From Podarcis pityusensis (lineage: Eukaryota), in the NCBI GenBank assembly GCA_964106645.2, contig OZ067041.1: a stretch of DNA of 64,000 nt; one strand, written 5' to 3'. Position numbers and translations under genes: made by a program. Positions 24,301 to 35,782 of the stretch are shown piece by piece. The notes beneath the pieces are model-generated. The model did not search any database and was not told the DNA's origin. It saw only the letters and a list, made by a program, of their open reading frames with translations. Each line of letters begins with the position of its first letter. Position 1 is the stretch's first letter.

Positions 24301-25153
24301 GAGCTTAAGAAGAAACACGGATGAGGCCTGTGGCCACTTGATTCTGTTTTGCTTATTGCGGAATAAGCTTTCGTGATGTGCTGCGAAACAAATTATTCCA
24401 CCATAAATCACTTTTCTTCTCTGAAGGCCTCCCTCTCTCCCTCTTCTCTGCTGCAAGAGATCAACAACGACAAGAAGCCACGTTGCGGCAGCGACATCAT
24501 TTCCCGTCCCCCCCAATTTCCCAGCAGCGTCTCTAGACAACACGGCACGTCCTGCGCGTCTCAGCAGCACTCGCGTTTTCCCCACCCCCGTAAATTCTCT
24601 TCCCCGCAAGGGAACAAAACTGGAGCGGGGGCTGTGGGTGTGTGTGGGGTTTTGCTTTGCTTTGCACAATGCCAACGTCGAGATGAACAATAACGAATAG
24701 TAAAAAAAGCAGAGGGAGCAGGGAGGGGGAAAGGCTGGGCTGAGGGGCTCCTCCCGGCCGCCGCCCCGGCTTCTCCCTCGGCGCCAAGGATGAGGCGACG
24801 AGGCAGCCGCCTCTTGTCTCTCTCCCTCCCGCCTTCCCGCTCGCTCCTTCCCTCCCTCGCCTCGCCGGGCCTCTCCGGCACCTACTCTTGGCCTTGCTGA
24901 GGTGCAGCGAGTGGTCTCGGACGGGCACCCGCGACGCCTCGCCCGGGTACACCTGGCCCCCCGCGTAGTAGTGGCACTTCTCGTCTCCCGAGCCCTGCGC
25001 AGCCTCGGCGGTGGCCGCCTCCTCGGTCATGACCGCCGCCAGCACCAGCAGCACGCCAACGGCCAGCGGCCGCGTCGCCAACCGTCGCCGGCGCCTCGCG
25101 CTCCCCGCCGCCCCCTGGCATTCTGCGGGTGTCCCGGCGCGCGGCGGCTCCAT
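18344..25153 (-). CDS. PRDX4: Peroxiredoxin 4 (whole gene, 7 exons, 280 aa)
   Basis: Spliced 843-nt CDS with PRDX4-specific [13 protein letters not shown], peroxidatic FYPLDFTFVCPTE, GGLG, resolving VCPAGW and C-terminal YF motif. Confidence 0.98.
19882..19916 (-). CDS. PRDX4: PRDX4 exon 6 ([12 protein letters not shown])
   Basis: tcttag| ... |gtaagt; resolving Cys. Confidence 0.96.
20267..20397 (-). CDS. PRDX4: PRDX4 exon 5 (GLFIIDGK...YTDEHGE)
   Basis: ccacag| ... |gtattt. Confidence 0.97.
20795..20917 (-). CDS. PRDX4: PRDX4 exon 4 ([11 protein letters not shown]...GHALR)
   Basis: ctatag| ... |gtataa. Confidence 0.97.
21263..21379 (-). CDS. PRDX4: PRDX4 exon 3 ([11 protein letters not shown]...FTHLAW)
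   Basis: atttag| ... |gtaagt; peroxidatic Cys. Confidence 0.97.
22686..22803 (-). CDS. PRDX4: PRDX4 exon 2 ([13 protein letters not shown]...FFFYPLDF)
   Basis: ttttag| ... |gtaagc. Confidence 0.97.
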
Positions 25154-25480
25154 GGCACGTCTCGCTGGCCCCCGGCTAAGGGAGGAAAGAGAAGGGCAGC
25201 GCCGAGGCCCGGCGGGAGGAAGAGGCAGGCGCGGGAGGCCGGGCTGCTTCTGGGGGCGGGACCCGATGGCCGACACTGACACGCCCGCGCTCTTCCCCTC
25301 GCGGCTGTTCCCCGCTTGTCCTCCGCCGAGGCGCAGTTGCGCATGTCCCGCTGACTGCGCCCTAGTCTGTGAGGGGAAATGCGGCCTCGTCACGGGAGGA
25401 AGCTTGGTCGCCCTCCAGGATGCGCCTCTGACCGTTGGGCATGCTGGCCCGGGCTGAGGGGATCACAGCAGCGCCTGGAG
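24450..25480. promoter_or_regulatory. PRDX4: CpG island / PRDX4 promoter
   Basis: Very GC/CpG-rich block over exon 1; GC-box GGGGCGGG near 25253-25260; partial NRF1-like TGCGCATG near 25338. Confidence 0.85.
24886..25153 (-). CDS. PRDX4: PRDX4 exon 1 (MEPPRAG...hydrophobic signal...HSLHLSKAK)
   Basis: gccATGG Kozak; donor A|gtaggt. Confidence 0.93.
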
Positions 25481-25870
25481 GGCCACCGGTTCTCATTCCC
25501 TGCTTTAGGTGACCCGAGTGTCAGTGCAACACCGGATGTGGCATAGCCAGAGCATCGCATTCCGATCAGCAGCTGAATTGTTATACTTTGTGTGGCATTT
25601 CCCCCCAGAGTGATCTTAAAAGCTGCATTGCCAAAACTTTCTCTGGGAAAGGACACAGATGTCTGAAGAACATCTGATTCACAGCTGCTTGCTCCTTTTT
25701 GGAACTGAATCGCCGGCCATGAAGGAAGCATAGAAACTTGTTACCATAACAAGGACAACAGCAGCAGCTCCTATTTGCATTCTCGTAAAGGGAAAGCAAT
25801 GAAAGACCCAGCTTCTCATTAACAAAGTGTCTAATTCACTTGACCAGAAACAGGTGCTAAATCAAAAGTG

Positions 25871-26060
25871 ATTTATTATCAATAAATGAAATCCAGGACA
25901 TGGTATCGCTATGCCGAATTATCGAGGACATGTTTTCACTTTTTTTTTTTTGGCAATTGTTTGCTATCAATTATTTATTATCAATATATGAAATCCAGGA
26001 CATGGTAACCCTGTGCTGATTTATCAAGGACACGTTTTCACTTTTTTGCAATTGTTTACT
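25871..26060. repeat. Tandem duplication, ~100-bp unit x2, upstream of PRDX4
   Basis: atttattatcaata(a/t)atgaaatccaggacatggta...gttttcactttttt...gcaattgttt repeated at 25871 and 25973. Confidence 0.9.
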
Positions 26061-29000
26061 GGAAAATATGGGCAGAGGGGAATTCAGTGAAAAGCAGCAG
26101 CAGCCGCCAACTCCTGTGTGCACTTTGACTGCTGCCAATCCTGTTCTGCCATGCCCAATGCAGCTCAGTGTCTGCACACAGAGTTTTCCTCTATGTACAA
26201 TTTTGCTGACAGGAAGCCCTTTTGAAGCTGTCACCTCACTTAATGGCATCAGCTGATTGCTATGTGGGCCCTGTGCATCTGCCAAAATTGCCTGAGGGGT
26301 GGTGGTGGGAGAGGTCAGAATCTGGAAAAGGTGACCCACCCCTGTTGTAGAGGTGCTGTTTTTTCCTTATGTTGTGTGAAAGACAGAAAAGCAATTTTAA
26401 ATGTACTTGTACAGTATTTGATTTTTAAAGTGATTAGTGACTGTGCAGGAAGGCATTTATAGCCACATTTCATTCTTCTTGCATTTTTGTGCCACTTGCA
26501 AACATGTTATGTATCTGAATCTCAATTTATAGTCCACCCACCATTTTTCTTGTATTGAACTACAGTGTATGTATTTGGGAATGTTTTCCTCTCTATGGAA
26601 GTGAGTTTTATAGAGGCAGATTTCCCTTTACCATGTCCCTTCTTCCCTCTCTTGTGAAACTAACAATGTTGAGGGGGAAACCTTAGCACTTTCATGGAGG
26701 CTATGAGAGCATCACATGTCCATCTTACTTCTCTGCTGTTGTTACTACTCAGCCGAGCAGGCGGTTTTTTTCCTACTTCAAAAATTATGTATGCACAGCA
26801 CACCAGTCTAGTTGCACACAGGAATACTTTAATCAACCAAGAAACTAGAGGCACAGGTGAATCTGATATGGTTTCCCCCTGACTTTGTCAATTTGACAGG
26901 AGAATAGGGGAGTAGGAGGAAACCATGAAGGAACTAGCAGTATTGCAGGCACATACAGGGCAGTCTGGCTGGTATTTAGGATAGGAATGTGGAGAGATGC
27001 CTTCTGAAGGCATGTGACATTTCAGGCAGGAAAATAATGGTGATATGTTCATTAACTGAAAGGGAAGGTTGCCATATCAAAATTAAAACAGATTAAAATG
27101 CACGTGCAATTTTGACCCTAGAAAGGATGAAATAAAATTATCCATTAGATGCTAAACATGTTGACATAGAAGCAAGTCTCAATGCTTCAGTGCAACTTGC
27201 TTTCAAGTATGTGCTAAACTATTCTTACGGGGTCTCTGTCCTCTGTCTTTTACCTTCCTTTCCATCTGTTATTTTTATACTCAGGGCTTCTGTCGAGGCT
27301 CAAAAGGAACAAATATTAATTCATTGCAAAATCAGTTTCATGCAATGTTGGGCTCAAGGAAACCTATGAGGGCTCATTCTATCCTTTGCTTCCTATCATT
27401 GCCTTTTCTGTGGTTGTTTGTTGACAGCAAGAGCTATCTTTAAGAGCCAGAGTGTCTGATCGCCAAGGATTTGTGAGGAATGGTGAAGCCCCCAGTGTCC
27501 TAACACAAAGACAGCTTACTGATTTACTGCTACCCTCTGAAGAAGAGCTTCTCCACTTTTCCCATCTTGGAACAGTCAAGGCATTAATTTTCACTTCAGT
27601 TGCTCTCTGTTCTGAACTGCAGGCCCAAAGCAGGGCTCGGGGGAGGGGTTGGGTACAAGGATACCAAAGAAGGATGTCAAAAACATCAGAATGGCCAATT
27701 CTACTGCTTTATTAAAGAAGATGTAGACTTAGCAGCAAAGCAGCCTGCTAGGCCTCCCAGCCTTTATAGACGCAGGATGGACACCAAAGCAAGGTGATTG
27801 CTTGTCCACGCCCAAACAAATGTGCCTATGTTCTTTATACGCAAAGCAGCGTATGTCACTTTGTCTAGGACATCCCATCACTTCTCCTGACCAGATGAGG
27901 GCATAGGCAGCAACTACCCAAGTCTTACAGATGGTTCCCCTTTCTGGTCTCAGAACCCAGCACCCCAAGCCCACAGATAGGAGTATTTGCATTGAACTTC
28001 CCTCTTTAACCTAATACAGCTCTGTGCATGCCAGTCTGATGGTAATTGCCTTCTCCTCTCTGTAACTGGCATTAGGGTCTTCTTAGCGCTATCCAAAGGT
28101 CAAATTTAAATACTGCCAGTTTCTTTGACAAACTGCATAGCAATCAATCTTTCGTTTTTGTAATATACCCTCCTTGACACTGTGATTGCTAATTCCCTCT
28201 GGTACAAGTATAATATATATGTAATCTGCCTTGTACACAGTGACTGAACTAATGATCTGACCACTCTTCCTCCTGCATATGTGCATCTCCCTAATGTGTG
28301 TAGACAAAGGATTCAGTTATACAGCTGCAAATACAACATTTTAAGTGTGTTTTAAGTGCAATATACAACAAAACATTTCAAATATCTCCCCCCCCCCCAG
28401 TATGGAAAATATTATGCCAAATGTAATATCCGGACTGCAACATGGCATTCATTGCCACTTTTTGGAGGCACTCACTGATATTTAACAATATTCTGCTGAA
28501 ATTGCTAGCTAGCTCCTTTTATCTTCTCAAACTGAAAAGGGCATTTCAACAAATATATGGCACTGGCTGTCATATATGAGAGAAAATCTATAAAGCAGAG
28601 GGAGAGGGGATTTTCTACCAGGGAATAAAAAGAAATGTGGTTCCAAAGTGGTGTTATGCTCAGTAGAATGAACATGATGAAAATTACTAATTGGAAAAGT
28701 GAAATGTTCTGGCTCTCACTAGGACAGACTGATGGGTAGAGTCATGTGCAGGGACTGCAAAGTGCCTGTAGAAAGGAATTCTGCACACATAAAGATTCAG
28801 CTTCCTGAGCAGCTTTTGTTTTTACAGTCCTGCCTGGAAGCAACTTCTGGCAATATCAATTAGCTAAACCAATGCAAACATGGGCTGATTGAACAATGGT
28901 GACAGGTTATTATCATCTGCTTAGACATTCTTGTTCTGGTGACTGCTTTCCATCTTTTGGGTGATGAAAGTAAGTGTACTTTTCTATACAGTATAAGTCT

Positions 29001-29135
29001 GGTTATGATTCAGCTGAATATGATTCACAAAGGTGTTTAGTTTATTAGACTTATGATGTACCTGTTCAATACACCTTGGGGGAAAATGAGCTTTAAGTAG
29101 TTATTTTAAAACCACAGTTCCATCTATCCATAATA

Positions 29136-29380
29136 CAGTGGTACCTCGGGTTACAGATGCTTCAGGTTACAGACGCTTCAGGTTACAGACTCTGCTAACC
29201 CAGAAATATTACCTTGGGTTAAGAACTTTGCTTCAGGATGAGAACAGAAATCGTGCAGTGGCGGTGCAGTGGCAGCAGTGGGAGACCCCATTAGCTAAAG
29301 TGGTGCTTCAGGTTAAGAACAGTTTCAGGTTAAGAACAGACCTACAGAATGAATTAAGTTCTTAACCCGAGGTACCACTG
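29136..29380 (+). mobile_element. Tc1/mariner (pogo/Tigger-type) MITE, copy 1
   Basis: Terminal inverted repeats CAGTGGTACCTCGGGTTA / TAACCCGAGGTACCACTG, TA flanks. Confidence 0.9.
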
Positions 29381-30016
29381 TATATCTCTTTAGCCCTGCT
29401 GAGGTATTGCTTCCTGCAATCAGTTGGAGATGGCACTTAAGTAGTGGTTCCACACATATCAAGCGATCCTTCTCCATGGCTAAGATCCTTCTATAATGCT
29501 TACTCAGAAGTCTGTCCTCTTCAGGTAAGGTTCTTTTCAATGTTAATTAAAAGCTCCCTATCCCTTTTATTGCTTCCTGTTCCATGTGGCTTTTAGGTTA
29601 CTGATGAACAGCCTGTTAATTACATCTGGAACAGTCACCTTCATTGCCTATTAATATCAGTTACTGTTTCCATGGAGTGCACATTAAATACAGAATTTTT
29701 CTTTCTTTCTGAATTTATAAAGCAAAAGAGTACTATTTCACTATATAAAAATGAAAAGTAAAAATTGATGAGAAGAAATTGGTAAAAATATAATCATAAT
29801 TAAAAAAATTATTTAAATAGAACACCAGTTCAAAGTAAAACAATGCAGTATCAGATTCAGAAGGGAAGGTCCCCACAAATCACGTTTGGTGGGGGAAATA
29901 GAAACTTCAGAGTACAAACATCTGGGAGTAATAGTATCTGGTTTCTCTATAAAAGGGGGAGTGGAAAAAAGGCAATTCCTTGCTAAACTGCCAGTGTGGC
30001 ATTTGTCTGTGTGTAT

Positions 30017-30420
30017 CCATAAAGAAGGCTGATCACCGAAGAATTGATGCTTTTGAATTATGATGCTGGAGGAGACTTTTGAGAGTCCCATGGACTGCAA
30101 GAAGACCAAACCTATCCATTCTGAAGGAAATCAGCCCTGAGTGCTCACTGGGAGGACAGATCCTGAAGCTGAGGCTCCAGTACTTTGGCCACCTCATGAG
30201 AACAGAAGACTCCCTGGAAAAGATCCTGATGTTGGGAAAGATGGAGGGAACAAGGAGAAGGGGATGACAGAGGACAAGATGGTTGGATGGTGTTCTCGAA
30301 GCTACGAACATATGTTTGACCAAACTGTGGGAGGCAGTGGAAGACAGGAGTGCCTGGTGTGCTCTGGTCCATGGGGTCACAAAGAGTCGGACACGACTAA
30401 ACGACTAAACAACAACAAAA
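30017..30420 (+). mobile_element. BovB LINE 3' fragment
   Basis: Closely similar to the 3' part of the 12755-13517 copy; ends GAGTCGGACACGACTAAACGACTAAACAACAAC. Confidence 0.93.
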
Positions 30421-31139
30421 TCTATCTATAGCTATAGTTTTTGCAGAGTGGATTTAACAGACCTCCCAATATTTGACTGCCACTTCACAATGCTTGTCAA
30501 ATTAATCTGTCAAAATCAGCTCTGAGTCTTATAATTCTGAACTGAATTCATAGCACATGCAGGTGTATGCATGTGTCTGAAATTATCTCTTTCATTTCAG
30601 AAATGCCCACCTGTGGGCTTGTGTGTGCATTGGACATGCTCTTGACTCCACTTGGAAATCTCAGATAATAGCATTTGCACAATGCTTTTGAGTTTCTAAG
30701 CAGGCACTCCACATATATTATCCTGTTTCTAAACCTTGCAACAAACCAAAGAGCTAGGTCAATATTATTATTCCTGTCTTGCATATGAAGAGGGCCAGGG
30801 CATAAGCAAAGAGAGCACACCTTGCCTAAAGACACTAAGTGAGTTCCTGGTAGCGGTGGGATTTTACAACAGGGACTTATTGAATCTTAGACACCTGCTT
30901 TACACCTAGGAACATGCAACGATTGGTTAGAACGTCAAATAACATATGTTACACAAGCAAGGATCAGTGCAACTATTTGAAAGTCCCTTGGGCTTAGGAG
31001 TGGGTTGGAGTTGTTTTTGGAAAGATGTAGATACCTCAATAACCAGATCGCTATCAATTTTTTCAATAGGTGGCAGTGTTCTCCTACTTTCATACCTCGA
31101 TGGCAGATTTCACAGCAGAAAAAACCCCCATGAAGATAA

Positions 31140-31800
31140 TGGCCTGGATCCAAACTACCACATAACAAATGTGTTGTTCTGTTACAATATGCTCTAGGTG
31201 GAGCTGCCTTTGAAGATCTGAAAACTATAGCTGGTTCAGAATGCCGCTGCCAGACTGTTGATATGTGGTGCGTATGAGCATTTGACTCCATTGCTATTTA
31301 ATCTGCTTTGCATCCTGGTGCGTTTCTCAGCCCAAATCAAAGTGCTACTGGTTATCTTTAAAGTTTAAAGACAACAAGTGGTACTTTGAATTCCGCTCAG
31401 AAACACAGAAGGAGCCACTGCAAAGCTAAATGATTTGCGTCTGGAATACCTAAAAGTCTGGTTGCTCCTACATGGCTCTGTCTATCTATTAAGCTCTTAT
31501 GAGGAGACTCTGGACCACACCTCAATGCTGTCTGAGGTGTGCTTGTTGGTTATGGGGGACAAGTCTTCTCAGTGGTGGATCCTGAGGTCTGGAATCTTCC
31601 TCAAAAGGTTTGTTCAGCCCTTCCCTCCTAACCTTCAGGGAAACAGCCTTGTTTAGAAATGCCTTTTATATAGTTTTGTTTTTAAACAAATTACTTGTGG
31701 TTTTAAATTGATGCTATTGTTTTGTTCTGTTTACAACCTGTTTTGGGGACTCCATTTGGAGTAAAAAGAAGGATATGGCTATATGAATAAATGAAATAAA
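31140..31800 (+). mobile_element. Degenerate L2-clade LINE 3' region
   Basis: ctggttcagaatgccgctgccagactg (LVQNAAARL) motif, frameshifted, AT-rich tail. Confidence 0.7.
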
Positions 31801-31964
31801 TGAACGACTTCTGCACTCTTAAGGGTGTGTGTGTGTGTGTTTCTCATATAGCAGGTGGTGTGAACTTTTGGTCCTTTTGGCCATGCTTGCTGAAGCTGAT
31901 AGGAGTTGTAGTTTAGCAACATCTGGAGGGCCAAAGGTTCCCCACACCTTTCATACAGTATATG

Positions 31965-32097
31965 AGGGAATGGTTGTAACTCAGGGGTAGAGCTTTGGCC
32001 TGGCATGCAGAAGGCCCAAGTTCATTCCCAGGCATCTTCAAGTAGAGGTGGGAAAGAGTCCTGCTTGAAACTCTGGACAGCGAGCCATTGCCAGTCA
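31965..32097 (+). mobile_element. tRNA-derived SINE
   Basis: aactcaggggtagagc...gcatgcagaaggcccaagttc head; same family as 4389. Confidence 0.7.
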
Positions 32098-32247
32098 TGG
32101 TTATAAAAACATGTACAAATGGTCTTAAGTTCAGTTTTCCACTTTGTCAAATCAATTTTCAATTTTTTAAAAGTTCTCATGAAAATTTATCCACATTTTA
32201 GTTCAAATTTCTTCTGATACTCATTTTTTGTATGAAAAATAGCTTTA

Positions 32248-32460
32248 AAGTGGTACCTCGGGTTATAGCCGCTTCAGGTTACAGACTCCACTAACCCAGA
32301 AATAGTACATCGGGTTAAGAACTTTGCTTCAGGATGAGAACAGAAATCGTGCTCTGGTGGCGCGGCGGCAGCAGGAGGCCCCATTAGCTAAAGTGGTGCT
32401 TCAGGTTAAGAACAGTTTCAGGTTAAGAACAAATTAAGTTCTTAACCCGAGGTACCACTG
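32248..32460 (+). mobile_element. Tc1/mariner MITE, copy 2 (inserted in an older AT-rich element)
   Basis: Same TIRs and internal sequence; TA flanks. Confidence 0.88.
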
Positions 32461-35399
32461 TATATACAAGCAAGCAATTTCCTCTTATTTATTGCTTTTT
32501 GTATGCTATTTTCACTAATCTAACATTTTTATGTACACTTTACCTTAGTATATACATCTATGTACACAGCACTTGACTGGAGAATGATATTACAAAATTC
32601 AAAGATGTGTAACTTTAGAAGGATGCCTTTGTTTTGGTTTGCAAATTGTTTTGGTAAGTGTGGATTAAGTAGGCTTGCCTTGAAATGCAAACTGAACTAA
32701 ATTTCTCTCCCATCCCTGCCCCTGCCGAATGCAACATAGCAAACTTCTTTTGCAACATGAGACAGTTGCAAATGCAGCAGAATGAGGAGGCGGAAGGATG
32801 AGGTGATAAAATCAACCACACCACTTCAGGCACCATTTTTATAATGCTTTCCAAGATATGATGGGAGTGGGGAACCTTTTGCCCTCCAGCATCCATCAGT
32901 TCCAGCCAGTAGAGCCAATAGCCATGGATGATGGGAGTGGGACTCCAACAACATCTGGAGAGGCACAGTTTTCCCACCCCTGAGATAAAAACTCCCTGCA
33001 AATAAAATAAAATAAAAACATTGCACACCAGGAAGAATGGCTCTAGCAAAACACTTTCTCTGCTGAGATTTTTTTTCTTCTTTTACTAACAGAGTTGTTT
33101 TTACATTGGAAACATTGAAAAATGTGATTATAATTCATTCTACCGCCTTCAAACTCTTCCATCACATTCCAGTCTTCTTTTACAGCATGTCTACATCCAG
33201 CCTAAGGAGACTTTCTAAAGTGATGTGGCACAGGGTGGCAGAAAATATCCGAAGGCCAAAGAAAAGTAGTTGAAAAATTGCATTGGGCATGCCCCAACCC
33301 CAGGGCAAGCTAAAGCAGTACTTTGATCTGTGTTATGTGATTATCCCATGATTATTTCAGAAGAGTGGGCCTAGATTAAGGGTATGTGGAATCTGAAGAA
33401 GGAAAAAGAGTTAAAATTGCGTATTTCCTAGAACAGACAGAGGGAGCAAAGGTGGCCAGAAAAGAAAGAAAGGGAACCAATGGAGACAAACCAAAAGCCA
33501 CCATCTGGGGCGTTTTAAATGTTAAGTGCTTGGCGTGGGATGCATTTTAATTGGTCAGGAGAGGATATATTAATTGCAATTTATCCCTCTAGGTGCCCAT
33601 GTGTGTTGGTTAAACAGAGTTACAAAATCCCATTCTTGGCAGCAAAATGAAAAGAACAAGAATTAGGCAGTAAAGTCTTGTTTTGAGCAAGTCCAGCTAT
33701 GAAGTAAGCTGGCTCCCCTTTCTTACCCCGCTTAATAAAGATTCAGACAACAACCTGGGAAGTAAGTATAAAAATATAATCTACTTATTATTTACTTATA
33801 ATCTTGCATTGGTTCACATCAAAGGCAGCAATAAAAACTACGCAGGCAAAATACTTACATTTACAGTATAACCAGCTTCAGAGCACATCTGCCCCTATGG
33901 CAGGTCACAGGAAGAGAGAGAGAGAGGAACAGGAAGTACTATATGCTCCTTCCTCTCCAGAAGAGGAGGGGAAATGACATCACACAGAACCCTCTCTACC
34001 AATTGTCTTTCTATGGCCTATCAGCTCTGTGGACTTAGACCCTTCTCATGTTAACTAACAAGAATATGCATTTGTTAGGTTTGGCTGCTAATCTCCCACA
34101 CTTGGAGCATCTAGGGAAGGGAGCAACCCCAAAACTGTGAGAACACATGTAAAGTGGCTGGGGTTTTGTGTGTGTGTAAGTTTCCATACATTCTCCTGGT
34201 GACTGGGATTGTGGAGGTAATGGATAAGTGAACACACATGGCCCTTTTGCTGTGAAGGACTAATGGCAACTTTCCCCTACATGTGAGAATGCTGGCAAGT
34301 GACAACAGTGGCAAGTGAACATGATTATTCATGCATCTGACAATCATTTATATTCTTTAGCTGTATAGCCAGTCTGTTAGCAGACTTCAATGTGTGAATA
34401 ATGTATCCTGAACCATGACAAATGAGCAAAGCCTTTGCATCAAACTGAAATGTTTATGACTGTAGTATAAATTTGGCATTAAAATAGTGCGGTGGACTAC
34501 CTTCTGTTATTACCTTTGCCAGAGTTTTTAGTCAACTGCATTGAGTAGGTAAGGCGCCACTGTTTCAAACCAAATTAATTTGCCTGAAAAAGCGGAAACC
34601 TCTGTTTGTATTTCCAGAAGGGAAATGAAATGTAGGTTTTACCCAAAGCTTTACAAGATAGAGAGAGCTACCCATTACTTACTCTTATCTTGTCTCAGCA
34701 GACAGTAACACTCAGACTTTGCCTTGCTACAGAAATTATCCTGGACTTTTAGAATGGATTTTTTAAAAAGCCTGAAGGAAACCAAGTCTACACATACAGT
34801 GAGGAACACTGATCTCCAGCAATACTTCCACTTTCTGAAAACATCAGGAAAAAACAAAAAATCTGGTCAAAAGTACATGAGACTGAAAAGAACAAGATAC
34901 ATAAGAAAAAGATGAATCTAGACTTAAGCCTAACTACCCACAAATATAACGCATACTCTAAAAAATGTGATCCTGCATATGTAAGATGTAAATCCTACTA
35001 ATTTACTCAGATGTAAATCCCATTGATTTTATTCAGGGTAACCCCCAAATAAATATTCATAGAACTACAGTCTATGCCTTGTTTTGACTGTATGGAACAT
35101 ACAAGCCAGTCAAACACTAGACAGCTTTATTTTAAATGATTTTGTTATGTATGCTGTATCCCTATTATACACTACTTAGAAACCATAATATTAAGCAGTT
35201 TCTAAATTATAAAATAAATAAACAGAATGGTTGGGATTCAAAAGAAAGTCTACTCTGACACTGAATTTCTTACCCTCCCTCGAAGAAAGTCTTAGTAGCT
35301 ACTAGAGCTATTATTATACATTCAATTCATAGTGTGTGGCACTCATGTCACGTGACCTGCCTCTACACAGGGCCAAGCTAGGAAGGCGTCATATTTATT

Positions 35400-35782
35400 G
35401 CATTTCTTCATTTGTCCCCTCCATGGGAGGTATGGAGGCTGGTAACACGAGAACGGGCCTTTTCACTGGTGGTTCCCCACTAGTGGATACTCTTCCCAGG
35501 GAGGCTCACCAGGCACCATTGTTACATATCTTCAGGCACAAGGCAAAAATCTTCCTTTTCCATCAGGCCTTTGGCTTTTAATTATGTATCTATGGGCTTT
35601 TTAATGAGTGTGGTGCTTTTACCTAGTTTTTTAAAAATACAGTAATAGAATTGTCTTTTAGAGGGTTTTTTTAAGTAAAAATACTGGTTTAACTGTATGT
35701 ATACATTTGTTTTTTGCTTAAGATACTGAAAGTTGCTTTGAGCTGCAATGGCAAAAAAAGCAACCATTACATTTAATAAATA
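35400..35782 (+). mobile_element. Degenerate L2 LINE 3' end
   Basis: IFRHKAKIFLFHQAFG-type terminus and taataaataa tail. Confidence 0.6.

Noticed and set aside
24533-25393. 286-aa ORF as a single-exon protein
   Set aside because: Only 24886-25153 is PRDX4 exon 1; the rest is 5' flank and intron read-through in a CpG island
27428-27715. + strand acceptor followed by ~95 open codons as a divergent gene from the PRDX4 promoter
   Set aside because: No recognisable protein and no linked upstream exon; within chance expectation
29138-29365. Recurring ORFs with GYRRFRLQTPLTQK (also 40423, 53777, 59911)
   Set aside because: Translations of the non-coding mariner MITE
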